Positions 29,635 through 40,005 are shown, counted from the first letter of the stretch. The stretch: 64,000 bases of DNA from Spirochaetaceae bacterium (GCA_051531975.1 JAOPTT010000013.1:162530-226529), one strand, 5' to 3'. Made by a program: numbers and translations. Notes: generated by a model not told the origin, from the sequence alone.

Positions 29635-32076
29635 TTATACTTTTAAAGGAAATCCGGCTTTTTCTAAAGTAGCTAAAAGTTTATCTTCAGCCTCTTTAAT
29701 AAAATCACCAGTTAATGTTTTATCTTTATCGTGGAATACGGCTCTAATTGTTACACCTTTTTGTTCACTATCTTTTGGATAAAAAACATCTACAACTTTA
29801 ACTGATTCCATCTCTTTTAACTTTAGCTTTCTAGTTGCATTAATAACATCTACAACATTCGTTTTATTATCTGTGGAAACTGTACAGTCAAAAGTTGATG
29901 ATGGGAACTTTGATAAAGCTGTATATTTAGTTTTATCTTTAGCTGGTTTTGACTCTACATCAGTTATATCTAAAACAGCTAATACTAAATTACCTTTTAT
30001 TTTGAAATTTCTTAAAACAATTGGATGAACTGTAAATATTGTACCAGCAACTCTGCCCATAACTCTAATATCTAACTGCTCATTAGGGTGTAAACCTCTC
30101 CAGTTCTTTGGAAGTAGAGGAGTTGGGAACTTACTGTTAGGAAGATCAATCTGATAAGGTATTTTAGTAATATTCATCATATTTTCAAATACATTTCTAG
30201 CTTCTAAAAACCTTGATTCTTTTTTATCAAAATAAGCTAATATTACCTGAGTTCTTTCGTTTGAAAAGTTTTTGCTATCTTCTAAGTAACTTCTACCATG
30301 TTCAAACATCCCAAACTTACTAAAGCTTTTTTGGTTTAAAGCTACAGATTCTAAAATACTAGGAACAAGAGAAGGCCTCATTAACTCCCTGTCTGTACTC
30401 ATTGGATTAGCAAGAGTTAAATTCTCATTTAGTCTGTCCCACTCAGCTTTCTCTAGAAGTTTTCTACCAATAAGTGGACTTGTCATTATTTCTAAAGACT
30501 TACCCTGTAGCACAAGAATATCCTGAATTTTTCTTTGCATAACTTTTGCACTAGAAAGTCTAACAGCTGAAGTTTCATTTAGTGGAGAAATAGGAACTAT
30601 GTTATCGTAACCGATTATTCTACCAATCTCTTCAATAATATCGCACTCTAGTTCAACATCTTTATTTGATCTGTATGATGGAACAGTTACATGTAGTTTC
30701 TCTCCAACACCCTTCACTTTAAAGTCTAGGCTTTCTAAGATTGAAGTAATTCTATCAGAGCTTAACTCTTCTCCAAGAACATTGTTAATATGTGATACAG
30801 CAATATCAATTATTAACGTATCTTTTACTTGTACTCCATCAGATACTAATCCACCAACTACTTTAGCACCTGGACATATTTGTAATACTAGTTCTAATAT
30901 TCTTAACGTAGTTCTTTCTGTCATTGAAGTATCAAGACATTTTTCATATCTTTGGGAAGAATCTGTTCTTAAACCAAGTCTAGTTGCTGTTTTTCTTACT
31001 TCAGCATCTTGCCAGTTAGCAGATTCAATAAAAATATTAGTAGTCTGCTCTGTTACTCCACTCTCTATACCACCCATTATTCCGGCAATTACTAAAGGTT
31101 TTTGGCTGTCACAAACAACAGTGTCATTAGCTATTAAATCCCTTTCGACATCATCTAGTGTTGTAAACGACTGGTCTGTACCAACAGTTCTAATAATGAT
31201 CTCACCATCAGTGATTTTATCTCTATCAAAAATGTGGTTTGGCATACCTAGTTCTAACATAACGTAGTTTGAGATATCTACAATATTGTTAATTGATCTT
31301 AAATCACACTCTTGTAGTCTCTGTTGTAACCATAGTGGACTATCACCAACAGTTACACCCTCAACAGATATTCCCTGGTAACCAAGGCAATATGTGTTTT
31401 CTTCTACTTTCACTGTTACAGGCAATGTGCATACATCTGGATTTAAGTCAGAGGTGAATTTAGATTTCATCTCTTCAACCCAGTGTGGACCAAAACTATC
31501 TTTTAATGGATTACCAAAAACAGCAGCAAATTCCCTAGCCATTCCATAGTGACCCCATAGGTCTGGTCTATGTGTAATTGATTTATTATCGATATCTAAA
31601 ATAAGGTTCTGTTTAACATTTAGAAAGTCACCCATTTTAACACCAATAGGTGCATCTGTTGGTAAAATCATTAAACCACTATCATCAGTTCCTAATGAAA
31701 GTTCAGTTTCAGAACATAACATTCCTTCACTTACTACTCCTCTAATTTTTTTTGGCTCTAATGTAAAACCACCTGGAAATGATGTTCCAATTGGTGCAAA
31801 TGGTACTTTAATTCCCACTTCTACATTAGGGGCACCACATACTACCTGCTTTACATCAGTAACATTTATTTTAAACGTAACTAAGTTTAAGTGATCAGAG
31901 TCTGGGTGAGGCTCTTTTCCTACAACTTCAACTATTGAAACTGCATTTAAAAGCTCGCCTGTTTTTTCAACACCTTCTACTTCACAAGTAGCTAATGTGA
32001 ACTTTTCAGATAACTCTTTATCTGATATATCTGGTAAATTTACAAAGTCTTTAATCCAATCTATTGATACTTTCAT
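29635..32076 (-). CDS. pheT: Phenylalanyl-tRNA synthetase beta subunit
   Basis: OB-fold (HPDSDHL, VVCGAPNV, SEGMLCS), HRPDL, B3/4 domain, EEIGRIIGY, C-terminal FDX-ACB. Confidence 0.97.
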   Translation of the reverse strand: MKVSIDWIKDFVNLPDISDKELSEKFTLATCEVEGVEKTGELLNAVSIVEVVGKEPHPDSDHLNLVTFKINVTDVKQVVCGAPNVEVGIKVPFAPIGTSFPGGFTLEPKKIRGVVSEGMLCSETELSLGTDDSGLMILPTDAPIGVKMGDFLNVKQNLILDIDNKSITHRPDLWGHYGMAREFAAVFGNPLKDSFGPHWVEEMKSKFTSDLNPDVCTLPVTVKVEENTYCLGYQGISVEGVTVGDSPLWLQQRLQECDLRSINNIVDISNYVMLELGMPNHIFDRDKITDGEIIIRTVGTDQSFTTLDDVERDLIANDTVVCDSQKPLVIAGIMGGIESGVTEQTTNIFIESANWQDAEVRKTATRLGLRTDSSQRYEKCLDTSMTERTTLRILELVLQICPGAKVVGGLVSDGVQVKDTLIIDIAVSHINNVLGEELSSDRITSILESLDFKVKGVGEKLHVTVPSYRSNKDVELECDIIEEIGRIIGYDNIVPISPLNETSAVRLSSAKVMQRKIQDILVLQGKSLEIMTSPLIGRKLLEKAEWDRLNENLTLANPMSTDRELMRPSLVPSILESVALNQKSFSKFGMFEHGRSYLEDSKNFSNERTQVILAYFDKKESRFLEARNVFENMMNITKIPYQIDLPNSKFPTPLLPKNWRGLHPNEQLDIRVMGRVAGTIFTVHPIVLRNFKIKGNLVLAVLDITDVESKPAKDKTKYTALSKFPSSTFDCTVSTDNKTNVVDVINATRKLKLKEMESVKVVDVFYPKDSEQKGVTIRAVFHDKDKTLTGDFIKEAEDKLLATLEKAGFPLKV

Positions 32077-32087
32077 CTGTTAGCTCC

Positions 32088-33143
32088 TTAATACTCTTTA
32101 AACTGCTGGCTGAATCTTAAATCGCCACTATGAATGTGTCTAACATCGTCTATCATATACTTCATCATCACTAATCTGTCCAGTCCTAAACCAAATGCAA
32201 ATCCGTTGTATTTATCTGTATCAATTCCACCGGCTTTTAAAACGTTAGGATGTACCATTCCACATGGAAGTAGTTCTACCCAACCAACTTGTTTACAAAC
32301 TGAGCAACCTTTACCTTTACAGATAACACACTCTATATCTAGTTCAAATCCAGGCTCAACAAATGGGAAAAACCCAGGTCGTAAACGAACATTTGTTTCC
32401 CGTTTAAATATCTCTGAAAGTAGTTTTTTCATAAAAAATATAAGGTTTGCAGTAGAGATATTCTCTCCTACCATCATTCCTTCTAATTGGTGGAATACCA
32501 TTTCGTGGGATGCATCCATTTTTTCACATCTGAATACTTTCCCAGGACCTACAAACTTAAAAGGAGGTTTTTTACTCTCCATTCCTCTAACCTGAATAGG
32601 TGAAGTATGAGTTCGTAGTAGGTGTTCCATATCTTTAAACCAGAATGTATCCTGCATATCTCTAGCAGGGTGGTTTTTAGGTATATTTAGAGCTTCGAAG
32701 TTGTGGAATTCATCTTCGATATGGGGACCATCTAAGATATCAAATCCCATAGAGATAAATATATCCTCTATTTCTCTTTGAATAAGTGTTACAGGGTGGT
32801 ACCCAGCTGCATTTAGACCATTCTCTTTAATAATGTCGTTAAGAGTAATGTCTTGCCAGTTTTTAGCCAACTTTTGGTTTATCTCTTCTATATCGAGGTT
32901 TTTATCCATCTCTTCTATAGCTTTTAAGATCTCTTCTTTCATTAAATTTGATTTTGCACCAATAGTTTTTCTCTCTTCCGGTGTTGCATCTTTTAATGAT
33001 TTTAAAATGGAACTTACTTTCCCTTTTTTTCCTACAAAATCCGACTTAAGATTACCCAGTTCTGGCTTAGTCTTAACTTCGGAAAGTGCTTTTTGGAATC
33101 CGGACATTAAACCGTCTAGTTCTTCTAACATTACATTCCCCAT
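32088..33143 (-). CDS. pheS: Phenylalanyl-tRNA synthetase alpha subunit (bacterial type)
   Basis: HPARDMQDTF, LRTHTS, FHQLEG, FFPFVEP, GFAFGLGLDRL. Confidence 0.97.
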   Translation of the reverse strand: MGNVMLEELDGLMSGFQKALSEVKTKPELGNLKSDFVGKKGKVSSILKSLKDATPEERKTIGAKSNLMKEEILKAIEEMDKNLDIEEINQKLAKNWQDITLNDIIKENGLNAAGYHPVTLIQREIEDIFISMGFDILDGPHIEDEFHNFEALNIPKNHPARDMQDTFWFKDMEHLLRTHTSPIQVRGMESKKPPFKFVGPGKVFRCEKMDASHEMVFHQLEGMMVGENISTANLIFFMKKLLSEIFKRETNVRLRPGFFPFVEPGFELDIECVICKGKGCSVCKQVGWVELLPCGMVHPNVLKAGGIDTDKYNGFAFGLGLDRLVMMKYMIDDVRHIHSGDLRFSQQFKEY

Positions 33144-33593
33144 AAATTACTTAATATAAGGTTAAATTCATACCTTTTATAGGGGATTTATGCAAGGATG
33201 TTGTTCTATAAATAGGCGCAAGCAGAGTGTTTGTTGTGTTTTTCCGGTAAGTGTGTCTCATATCTTTTCTCACACATAAAATTAGCTTTCTCGTAAGGTA
33301 GATTGACCATTTTTACCCATCAACTACCCTTTAGTAGCTTTTGGAGTGGAAATTCATCACTTATTTCATCTATAAGTACTTCAATAGGTATTTCCCTTCC
33401 AAAATTTTTCTAGGATAATTATTCATCCAATTTGGAATATATTATGATCGTTTATTAATACTTCGTTCCGCATCATTTAACCTAGAGTGCTTTCTAGGGT
33501 GGATTTTTAACATTTATTATTTTTAGGCGAACCCTTCATCATACCGCGCGCATTATTATAATTATATCCTAATCTAATTAATGACAGGTTCTC

Positions 33594-33911
33594 TTAATTA
33601 GTAGTTAATTTAAGTCCTATTACACCAAATAATATTAAGCTAATAAACACTATTTTTTGAATTGTAATTTGCTCCTTAAAAAATAAATATCCAATTATCG
33701 TTACCAATACTATTCCAACCCCTGACCATATAGCATATGAAATACCCATTCCAAGGTATTTAAGCGTCATTGTTAATAATGCTAGTGCACCCAAGTAAAA
33801 AACAAATGATAAAATTGATGGTATTAATTTTGTATAACCCTCTGATAATTTCATCATTGTTGTTCCAGTTACTTCACTAACAATTGTTAACCCTAAAAAT
33901 AACCAACCCAT
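33594..33911 (-). CDS. SMR family small multidrug efflux transporter
   Basis: MGWLFL..IVSEV (conserved Glu), KLSEG, YAIWSGVG. Start moved to ATG 33911 (SD GGAGA), giving 105 aa. Confidence 0.9.
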   Translation of the reverse strand: MGWLFLGLTIVSEVTGTTMMKLSEGYTKLIPSILSFVFYLGALALLTMTLKYLGMGISYAIWSGVGIVLVTIIGYLFFKEQITIQKIVFISLILFGVIGLKLTTN

Positions 33912-34018
33912 TATATTTTCTCCTATAAAAATTAATATAAACCCTTCCTTAAAAAAGTTATATTGTGCTGTTCTACACAGCAAGTGAAGCATCTAATGCA
34001 TGCCTCATGCATTTCTCT

Positions 34019-34170
34019 CTATTTACTATTGTGAGCCAATTTCTGAGGATCAAATGGTTCTCTAGTATTTAATATGGTATAAACTATGGTACTCATCTTT
34101 CTATATCACCAGTAAATACTCTTATTGTTGATACTTTTATTAATCCAATATCTTTATCTTCTTTAATCAT
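34019..34170 (-). pseudogene. Probable internally deleted IS110-family transposase remnant
   Basis: Two short frames: EDKDIGLIKVSTIRVFTGDIER (similar to the IS110 '..TIxAxxGDIxRF' segment) and RKMSTIVYTILNTREPFDPQK (similar to the IS110 C-terminal 'ARKLxxIIYxMLKxxEPYDP'). Manual resemblance only. Confidence 0.4.
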
Positions 34171-34946
34171 TCCTCCTTTATATTATCTAAATAAGTCATT
34201 GTTTGTCGTCCCATAGGCATTATTACGTATTTTTTAAATACCTTGGGAAAAAGATATTTTAATTTTGTAGAAATGAATGAATTGAATAATCCACCTTGAA
34301 TAGTTACTGATTTAGAAGACTCTATAGCGCGTAAAATATCTTGAGAAACTTTCTCTTTTGAAGTAATTTTTATCCCTTGCTTTTTCCACAACTTATGATA
34401 TGGACGTTCTGCATCTGTATCTGCAGGTTGAGGACAAAAATATTGAACCTGTATCTTTCTATTATCTATTTCAAGGTTTATTGATTCAATAAAAGAATAA
34501 ATTCCAGATCTTGTTGCGATATCAACTGTGTAATACGGCATTGCCCAACTACCATCAGCAAATCCACCAATATGTAAAATTTGTCCTTTCCCTTTTTTAG
34601 TAAAAGTTTTCAATACTGTTTTTGTTAGATTAATAGCACCAAAAAGATTTAGATCTAATTGAGATTTTATATCTGTTAAGCTCTGATTCCTTATTGGTTT
34701 TCTTACATCAATGCCTGTTGCATTTATTATAATATCGACGTCTTCAAATATTGATGGGTCTATATCTTCTGTAATTGAAAATACCTTTATTTCCCCATCA
34801 ATCCCATTCTTTTCTTTAATTTGCATTAGTTTTTCATAGTTTCTACCACTGATAACAACATCATAGCCTTTATTGTAGAACTTATTAATTATTGAATTTC
34901 CTAAACCACCTGATGCTCCATAAACTAGAACTTTTTTATTACTCAT
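34167..34946 (-). CDS. SDR family oxidoreductase, atypical active site
   Basis: GASGGLG, INATG, LNLFG; DIATR in place of YxxxK. Confidence 0.85.
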   Translation of the reverse strand: MSNKKVLVYGASGGLGNSIINKFYNKGYDVVISGRNYEKLMQIKEKNGIDGEIKVFSITEDIDPSIFEDVDIIINATGIDVRKPIRNQSLTDIKSQLDLNLFGAINLTKTVLKTFTKKGKGQILHIGGFADGSWAMPYYTVDIATRSGIYSFIESINLEIDNRKIQVQYFCPQPADTDAERPYHKLWKKQGIKITSKEKVSQDILRAIESSKSVTIQGGLFNSFISTKLKYLFPKVFKKYVIMPMGRQTMTYLDNIKEE

Positions 34947-34994
34947 TAAAACTCCTTGTATTGAAGTAGTTTAAAGTGTCGTAATAGTTAAGTA

Positions 34995-35010
34995 ATTAAC
35001 AAATGTTAAT
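34995..35010. promoter_or_regulatory. Putative Crp/Fnr-family operator upstream of the SDR gene
   Basis: Palindrome ATTAACA-AA-TGTTAAT between the regulator stop and the SDR start. Confidence 0.5.
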
Positions 35011-35576
35011 TAGAGGTTGTTTTTTATTCTACTGAGTGATACTGGTGAAATTCCAAGGTAAGATGCTATATGTAACTGTGAAATATTTGAAACAATATCA
35101 ATATTTTTTTCTAAAAATTTAAGGTATTTTTCTCTACCATCAAGTGAAAGAAGTTCTATTTCTCTTTGAGATTTAACAGTAAGACACGATTCCATCATTT
35201 TAAATATTATTATTTGTAATTTACTATTGTTTGATATTAAAACTTCTAGTTGTGAATTGTCTATCGAAACTAAGGTTGTGTCTATTATGGCTTGAATCCA
35301 ATACGGTGAAGGAATATCTCCATTTGTTGTAGATAAGATATCACCACTTCTACAAAAGTCTAGAGTCCGATCATCACCTTTTTCAGAAATAATATAGCTT
35401 CTTAGTAATCCATTTAATTGGAAAGCAAATTCATTTTTATATTCTGTTGGTTTGTAGTAAAAAGATTCAGATTTAATATGTATAATTTTGAAATGGGTCA
35501 ACAAAACCTTAACATCATCTTGTGTTATGTTTCCATACTTGGATAGTTTTTTATATACTAATTTATATATTTCCAT
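35010..35576 (-). CDS. Crp/Fnr family transcriptional regulator
   Basis: GLLRSY effector domain; HTH SQLHIASYLGISPVSLSRI. Confidence 0.9.
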   Translation of the reverse strand: MEIYKLVYKKLSKYGNITQDDVKVLLTHFKIIHIKSESFYYKPTEYKNEFAFQLNGLLRSYIISEKGDDRTLDFCRSGDILSTTNGDIPSPYWIQAIIDTTLVSIDNSQLEVLISNNSKLQIIIFKMMESCLTVKSQREIELLSLDGREKYLKFLEKNIDIVSNISQLHIASYLGISPVSLSRIKNNL

Positions 35577-35777
35577 AGTATAACATTACTACAATACAAG
35601 TTATTTATGAAGAGTTAATCAATTGTACTCTTGCCATTACCCATTGTAGATAAGATTTCAAATCTTTTAGATTCATCCAATATCTTATGGTATACCCACT
35701 TATCTTCAAATCTTTGTTGATATACCATGAATGTATAGTCTTCACTAGGCTATAAACCCTAAAAAATATCTATAGAA

Positions 35778-36320
35778 CTATTTAAGGTTTTTACCCATAA
35801 AAACACAAGCTGGATCACCTTCAGCGTAGTATTGCATTTTGAGTTCTTTAAAACCTAGTTTTTTATAGAATTTTATGGCATGTTCTTTAGACTCCATTAC
35901 ACCTAAGTGTATTCCTTTAACATTGTTTTTGATTAGGTTTTTTTCCATAACATTCATTAATTTTACGCCGATACCTTTGCCTTGGCATTTTGATGTTAGA
36001 TTTATATGCAGGTGGGCAGGATAATCTTTTAAGTATTCGCCTAATTCATCTTGGCATTTAAAAAACTCTTTTGGTTTTATTTTATCTATGTAACTTTTTT
36101 CCATTGCTATTGTGTCTGGAGCTGATGCTATGTAGCCTATAACTTCTCCATCATCCTCTGCAACAAAGCAGTAGTTCCTATATTCATGTAAGTAAAAAAT
36201 TATCCAGCGTTGTGAGAAATTCTTTTTTTCTTCAAAGTTATTAAATGTTTGACCACTTGTTTCGGCACAAATCTCTATAAGGTTATTTTCATCAGATAAC
36301 ATTGCATTTCTAATAATCAT
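35778..36320 (-). CDS. GNAT family acetyltransferase
   Basis: YPAHLHINL..QGKGIG, AIKFYKKLGF. Confidence 0.9.
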   Translation of the reverse strand: MIIRNAMLSDENNLIEICAETSGQTFNNFEEKKNFSQRWIIFYLHEYRNYCFVAEDDGEVIGYIASAPDTIAMEKSYIDKIKPKEFFKCQDELGEYLKDYPAHLHINLTSKCQGKGIGVKLMNVMEKNLIKNNVKGIHLGVMESKEHAIKFYKKLGFKELKMQYYAEGDPACVFMGKNLK

Positions 36321-36364
36321 GACTCTATTATATAATTAAAGATATAAATATGTTAACGATTTTT

Positions 36365-37024
36365 TTAATGGTATTTATATTCTTCAATTTCTTTGTATAT
36401 TAGAAAAACCTCTACCTGTGTTTTAAAAAAACCTGAATTGATAAAAACTCTTGGGTTTTCTTTTAATAGTATTTGTCCCTGGATGCTTCTAGGTTTACCC
36501 TTGCCTCTAGATTGGAATTCCCTTTTAACTGAGTCTTTTATTGCTTCTTTTAGAGATAGAGATTTAGCTTCACGAATATGAATAGAGTATTCTCCCTCAC
36601 CGTATGAAGTTGGAACAACAGTTGTATTCCAGTTTTTAATTCTATTTTGTTGGAATTTATCAAGCTGATAAACAATGTTTTGGTACATAATATAGTCTTT
36701 TACCCAGTTATCCCTAAAATGCATATTTGGATCCCCAAGTTTAATCATAGCAACTGGATCAAGGGTATAAATCTCTTTTATATCTCTTTTAATATCCGAT
36801 GGAACGTAGGAGAACGTCCACCCATAAATCATTCCAGATACTACCTCTATAATATCGTTTATAAACTCCTCTACTACAGGAAATTCGTCATTATTTGCTT
36901 CCATGTCCATGTCAAAGTAATTGCTAACCGGATTAATAAAAACACCAGCAATAAAGTTATCAGATGAATATATTAAAAAAGATAGTGATAATATAAATAT
37001 TAGAATCCATTTCTTTTTTAACAT
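36365..37024 (-). CDS. Hypothetical secreted protein
   Basis: Signal peptide; translationally coupled to the rhomboid gene. Confidence 0.7.
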   Translation of the reverse strand: MLKKKWILIFILSLSFLIYSSDNFIAGVFINPVSNYFDMDMEANNDEFPVVEEFINDIIEVVSGMIYGWTFSYVPSDIKRDIKEIYTLDPVAMIKLGDPNMHFRDNWVKDYIMYQNIVYQLDKFQQNRIKNWNTTVVPTSYGEGEYSIHIREAKSLSLKEAIKDSVKREFQSRGKGKPRSIQGQILLKENPRVFINSGFFKTQVEVFLIYKEIEEYKYH

Positions 37025-37659
37025 TATTTAAACCTTTTGTAGTTTTTGAAAATAAAAATAGGATCAATTTTATATATTGTTTTAAAGTATAAATAGGCAA
37101 ATAAAAATCCAGAAAGGTGAGTTATATGAGCTACGTTGGATTCTCTAAATAGACCAGAGTAAATATCAAAAGCTGCATACATAGCTATTAATATTGGTGG
37201 ACTTATAGGAATGATTCCAAAAAAATAGAGTTTTCTATTTGGGTAAAAAACAGCATAGGCAAAAAGAACTGCATATATTGCTCCAGATGCACCAAGTAAA
37301 AAAACATTAACAGAAAGTATATAATACATTATTAGACTAAAAACTCCTGCTAAGGCTCCAGTTATTAGATAAAAAGAGATAAACCCCACAGAGCCCATTC
37401 TCTCTTCTATGGCATGTCCAAACATAAATAAAGCAAACATGTTAAAAAACAGATGACTAATATTGGAATGGGCAAACATGTAAGAAATTGGAGTCCAAAA
37501 ATGTTTGTATTGTATAAATAGAGTAGGATTTAAAATCATATACAGATCTAATCTAATAATTTCAAATTTACGTAGGAGGTACGTTAATAAAAACACTATA
37601 ATATTTATTATTATTAAAGCAAAACTTAGGTTATAGTTTTTCTTTTTAGGTAAAATCAA
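37024..37659 (-). CDS. Rhomboid intramembrane serine protease
   Basis: HLFFNM, GASGA (Ser), AHITHLSG (His). Confidence 0.93.
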   Translation of the reverse strand: MILPKKKNYNLSFALIIINIIVFLLTYLLRKFEIIRLDLYMILNPTLFIQYKHFWTPISYMFAHSNISHLFFNMFALFMFGHAIEERMGSVGFISFYLITGALAGVFSLIMYYILSVNVFLLGASGAIYAVLFAYAVFYPNRKLYFFGIIPISPPILIAMYAAFDIYSGLFRESNVAHITHLSGFLFAYLYFKTIYKIDPIFIFKNYKRFK

Positions 37660-38123
37660 TCTGTTTCTCCAAGGTATATTTTATTATTACCACCATCAAA
37701 ATGGTCAATAATCTCTTTCCTAATTGAGAGCGGGTATAACTGGTAATCCATTAGATCCTTTATTGGTACCCACTCGACACCAATCTGATTTGGGTCTGGT
37801 TGTTGTGGTTCTACAAAATTTTCATTAACCAAACTACACTGAAAAATTATATTTACTTGGTGGTAGCCAACTCTATTTGGTGATGGGTTATGATGATCAG
37901 CAATATACTCTCTAACAAAAAGTACCTCTTCTACGTTTACAGTAGCACCCATTTCTTCTAGGCACTCTCTCTCAAGGTTCGACTTTAAGTCTTCGTTGTG
38001 GTCCTGACCGCCACCTGGAAAAGTATACCAGTTTTTATCTTTATTTAGGTATTTATTAAGTAGAATCTTTCCATCTTGGATAATAATAGCTTTTGTAGCC
38101 GTTCTAATTGGGTATTTATTCAT
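37656..38123 (-). CDS. NUDIX hydrolase
   Basis: Nudix box GGGQDHNEDLKSNLERECLEEMG. Confidence 0.92.
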   Translation of the reverse strand: MNKYPIRTATKAIIIQDGKILLNKYLNKDKNWYTFPGGGQDHNEDLKSNLERECLEEMGATVNVEEVLFVREYIADHHNPSPNRVGYHQVNIIFQCSLVNENFVEPQQPDPNQIGVEWVPIKDLMDYQLYPLSIRKEIIDHFDGGNNKIYLGETD

Positions 38124-38263
38124 AAAATAAATATAGTGTTTATTGTGTCAAATGACAAGAACGAGACTTTTTTTAATATCTATAGAAAAGGTTTTCTATA
38201 GCTCTTGTATTAAATGAAAAGAAGGCTTATTCTTAATTAAATATTGAAGAAGGAGAAAACTAA

Positions 38264-39277
38264 ATGACAGTATTAGTTACAGGTGGTGCGGGGTATATTG
38301 GAAGCCACACTATAGTTCAGTTATTAGAAGCAGGAAAAAAGGTTATTGTTATAGATAATCTATGTAATAGCTCTAAAGAGTCTTTAAAGAGAGTTGAGAA
38401 AATAACGGGTAAGAGTGTTACTTTTTATGAAGGTGATTTATTAGATAAGTCATTTATAGAAAAGGTTTTCCATGATAATGAAATTGACTCAGTTATACAC
38501 TTTGCAGGATTAAAAGCCGTAGGTGAATCTGTTGCAAAACCTCTCTATTATTATCACAATAATATTACAGGAACTCTTATGTTATGCGAAGTAATGAAGA
38601 AGTTTGAAGTAAAAAATATAGTGTTTAGCTCAAGTGCTACTGTTTATGGTGACCCTGAAATTATTCCAATAACTGAAAGTTCAAAGTTAAGTGCAACAAA
38701 CCCTTACGGTAGAACTAAACTAATGTTAGAAGAGATATTACAAGACTTAAATGTTGCAGATAGTAGTTTTAATGTAGCAATACTAAGATACTTTAATCCA
38801 ATTGGAGCACACGAAAGTGGAACTATAGGTGAAAATCCTAACGGTATTCCTAATAACTTGATTCCTTTTATTGCTCAAGTTGCAGTTGGACAAAGAGAAG
38901 AGCTAGCTGTATTTGGTGATGATTACGATACGACCGACGGTACAGGTGTTAGAGATTATATTCATGTTGTAGATTTAGCTGCTGGACATTTAAAAGCATT
39001 AGAAAAACTTGAAACAAAACCTGGAGTTGTTATTTACAATTTAGGTACTGGAAATGGTTATAGTGTTTTAGATGTTGTTAAAGCATTTGAAAAAGCTTCG
39101 GGAGTTAAAATCCCATATTCAGTAAAACCTAGAAGACCAGGAGATATAGCCACATGTTATGCAGAGCCTAGTTTTGCATTTAAAGAACTAGGTTGGAAAG
39201 CTACTAAAAATATCGATGATATGTGTAACGATACATGGAGATGGCAAAAAAATAATCCAAACGGTTATTCAGATTAA
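38264..39277 (+). CDS. galE: UDP-glucose 4-epimerase
   Basis: [44 protein letters not shown]. Confidence 0.97.
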   Translation: MTVLVTGGAGYIGSHTIVQLLEAGKKVIVIDNLCNSSKESLKRVEKITGKSVTFYEGDLLDKSFIEKVFHDNEIDSVIHFAGLKAVGESVAKPLYYYHNNITGTLMLCEVMKKFEVKNIVFSSSATVYGDPEIIPITESSKLSATNPYGRTKLMLEEILQDLNVADSSFNVAILRYFNPIGAHESGTIGENPNGIPNNLIPFIAQVAVGQREELAVFGDDYDTTDGTGVRDYIHVVDLAAGHLKALEKLETKPGVVIYNLGTGNGYSVLDVVKAFEKASGVKIPYSVKPRRPGDIATCYAEPSFAFKELGWKATKNIDDMCNDTWRWQKNNPNGYSD

Positions 39278-39279
39278 AA

Positions 39280-39930
39280 TTATATAGGATCACCAATAGT
39301 TATTTGATCACCAAGGAATTTCGGTTCCTTGTCTAGGATGTATAGATCTATTAACATTTTTACTTTAGCAAAGATCTCTCTGATCTCTGTTTTGTAACCA
39401 AATTTTAGGTCTATACTTCCAACATTAAAAGCATCAACTTTTATATTACGATGATTACCAATAAATACACCTCTCTGGTTATGAAAGTTCTGAGAGATAA
39501 ATGTTACATCTTTTAGTTGGAAAACTTCCCTTGCTCTTACAATTGTATCTAAAGTTCTAAATCCCGCATAATCTGAATATATTTTATCATTTGGAATTCC
39601 TGCTTCTACTAATGAGTTTCTCATCTCTCTAGGTTCGTCGTAACTAGCGTGGGCATTATCTCCACTTACCAATATGTAATCTATTTTACCCTGGTTAAAG
39701 AGTTTCACACCTGCATTGATTCTCTGGATGTAGTATCTGTTAAGAACTCCAGTAGAAATATATTTGTTACATCCAGGAATTAATCCTACACGATTATAAG
39801 GAAGTTCTGAGATATTGGAATAGATATTTTTTTTTGTAGAAATATAGATCCATGATAAACTTGATAATATTGATAGTATTAAAATTACAATAATAAGAAT
39901 TAAAATTTTAAAACGTTTTTTAAGTGCCAT
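39280..39930 (-). CDS. sanA: SanA/ElyC (DUF218) family protein
   Basis: N-terminal TM; LVSGDN..YDEP, DYAGFRTLD, SQNFH, REIFAK, PKFLG. Confidence 0.85.
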   Translation of the reverse strand: MALKKRFKILILIIVILILSILSSLSWIYISTKKNIYSNISELPYNRVGLIPGCNKYISTGVLNRYYIQRINAGVKLFNQGKIDYILVSGDNAHASYDEPREMRNSLVEAGIPNDKIYSDYAGFRTLDTIVRAREVFQLKDVTFISQNFHNQRGVFIGNHRNIKVDAFNVGSIDLKFGYKTEIREIFAKVKMLIDLYILDKEPKFLGDQITIGDPI

Positions 39931-39976
39931 TGTTAATAGAATATCATTCTTTATATCTAATATCCAGAGGCTTTAA

Positions 39977-40005
39977 TTGACCTTGTCACTATATTTTATT
40001 ATCTT
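39977..40005 (+). promoter_or_regulatory. Sigma70-type promoter for trxA
   Basis: TTGACC-17 bp-TATCTT, followed by SD AGGAGG. Confidence 0.55.

Noticed and set aside
33144..33590. T-box or pheM-type attenuator upstream of pheS
   Set aside because: No T-box consensus and no Phe-rich leader ORF found on the minus strand.
33912..34020. Guanidine riboswitch upstream of SMR
   Set aside because: No ykkC, mini-ykkC (ACGR hairpins) or guanidine-III consensus seen; the protein looks Qac/Ebr-like rather than Gdx.
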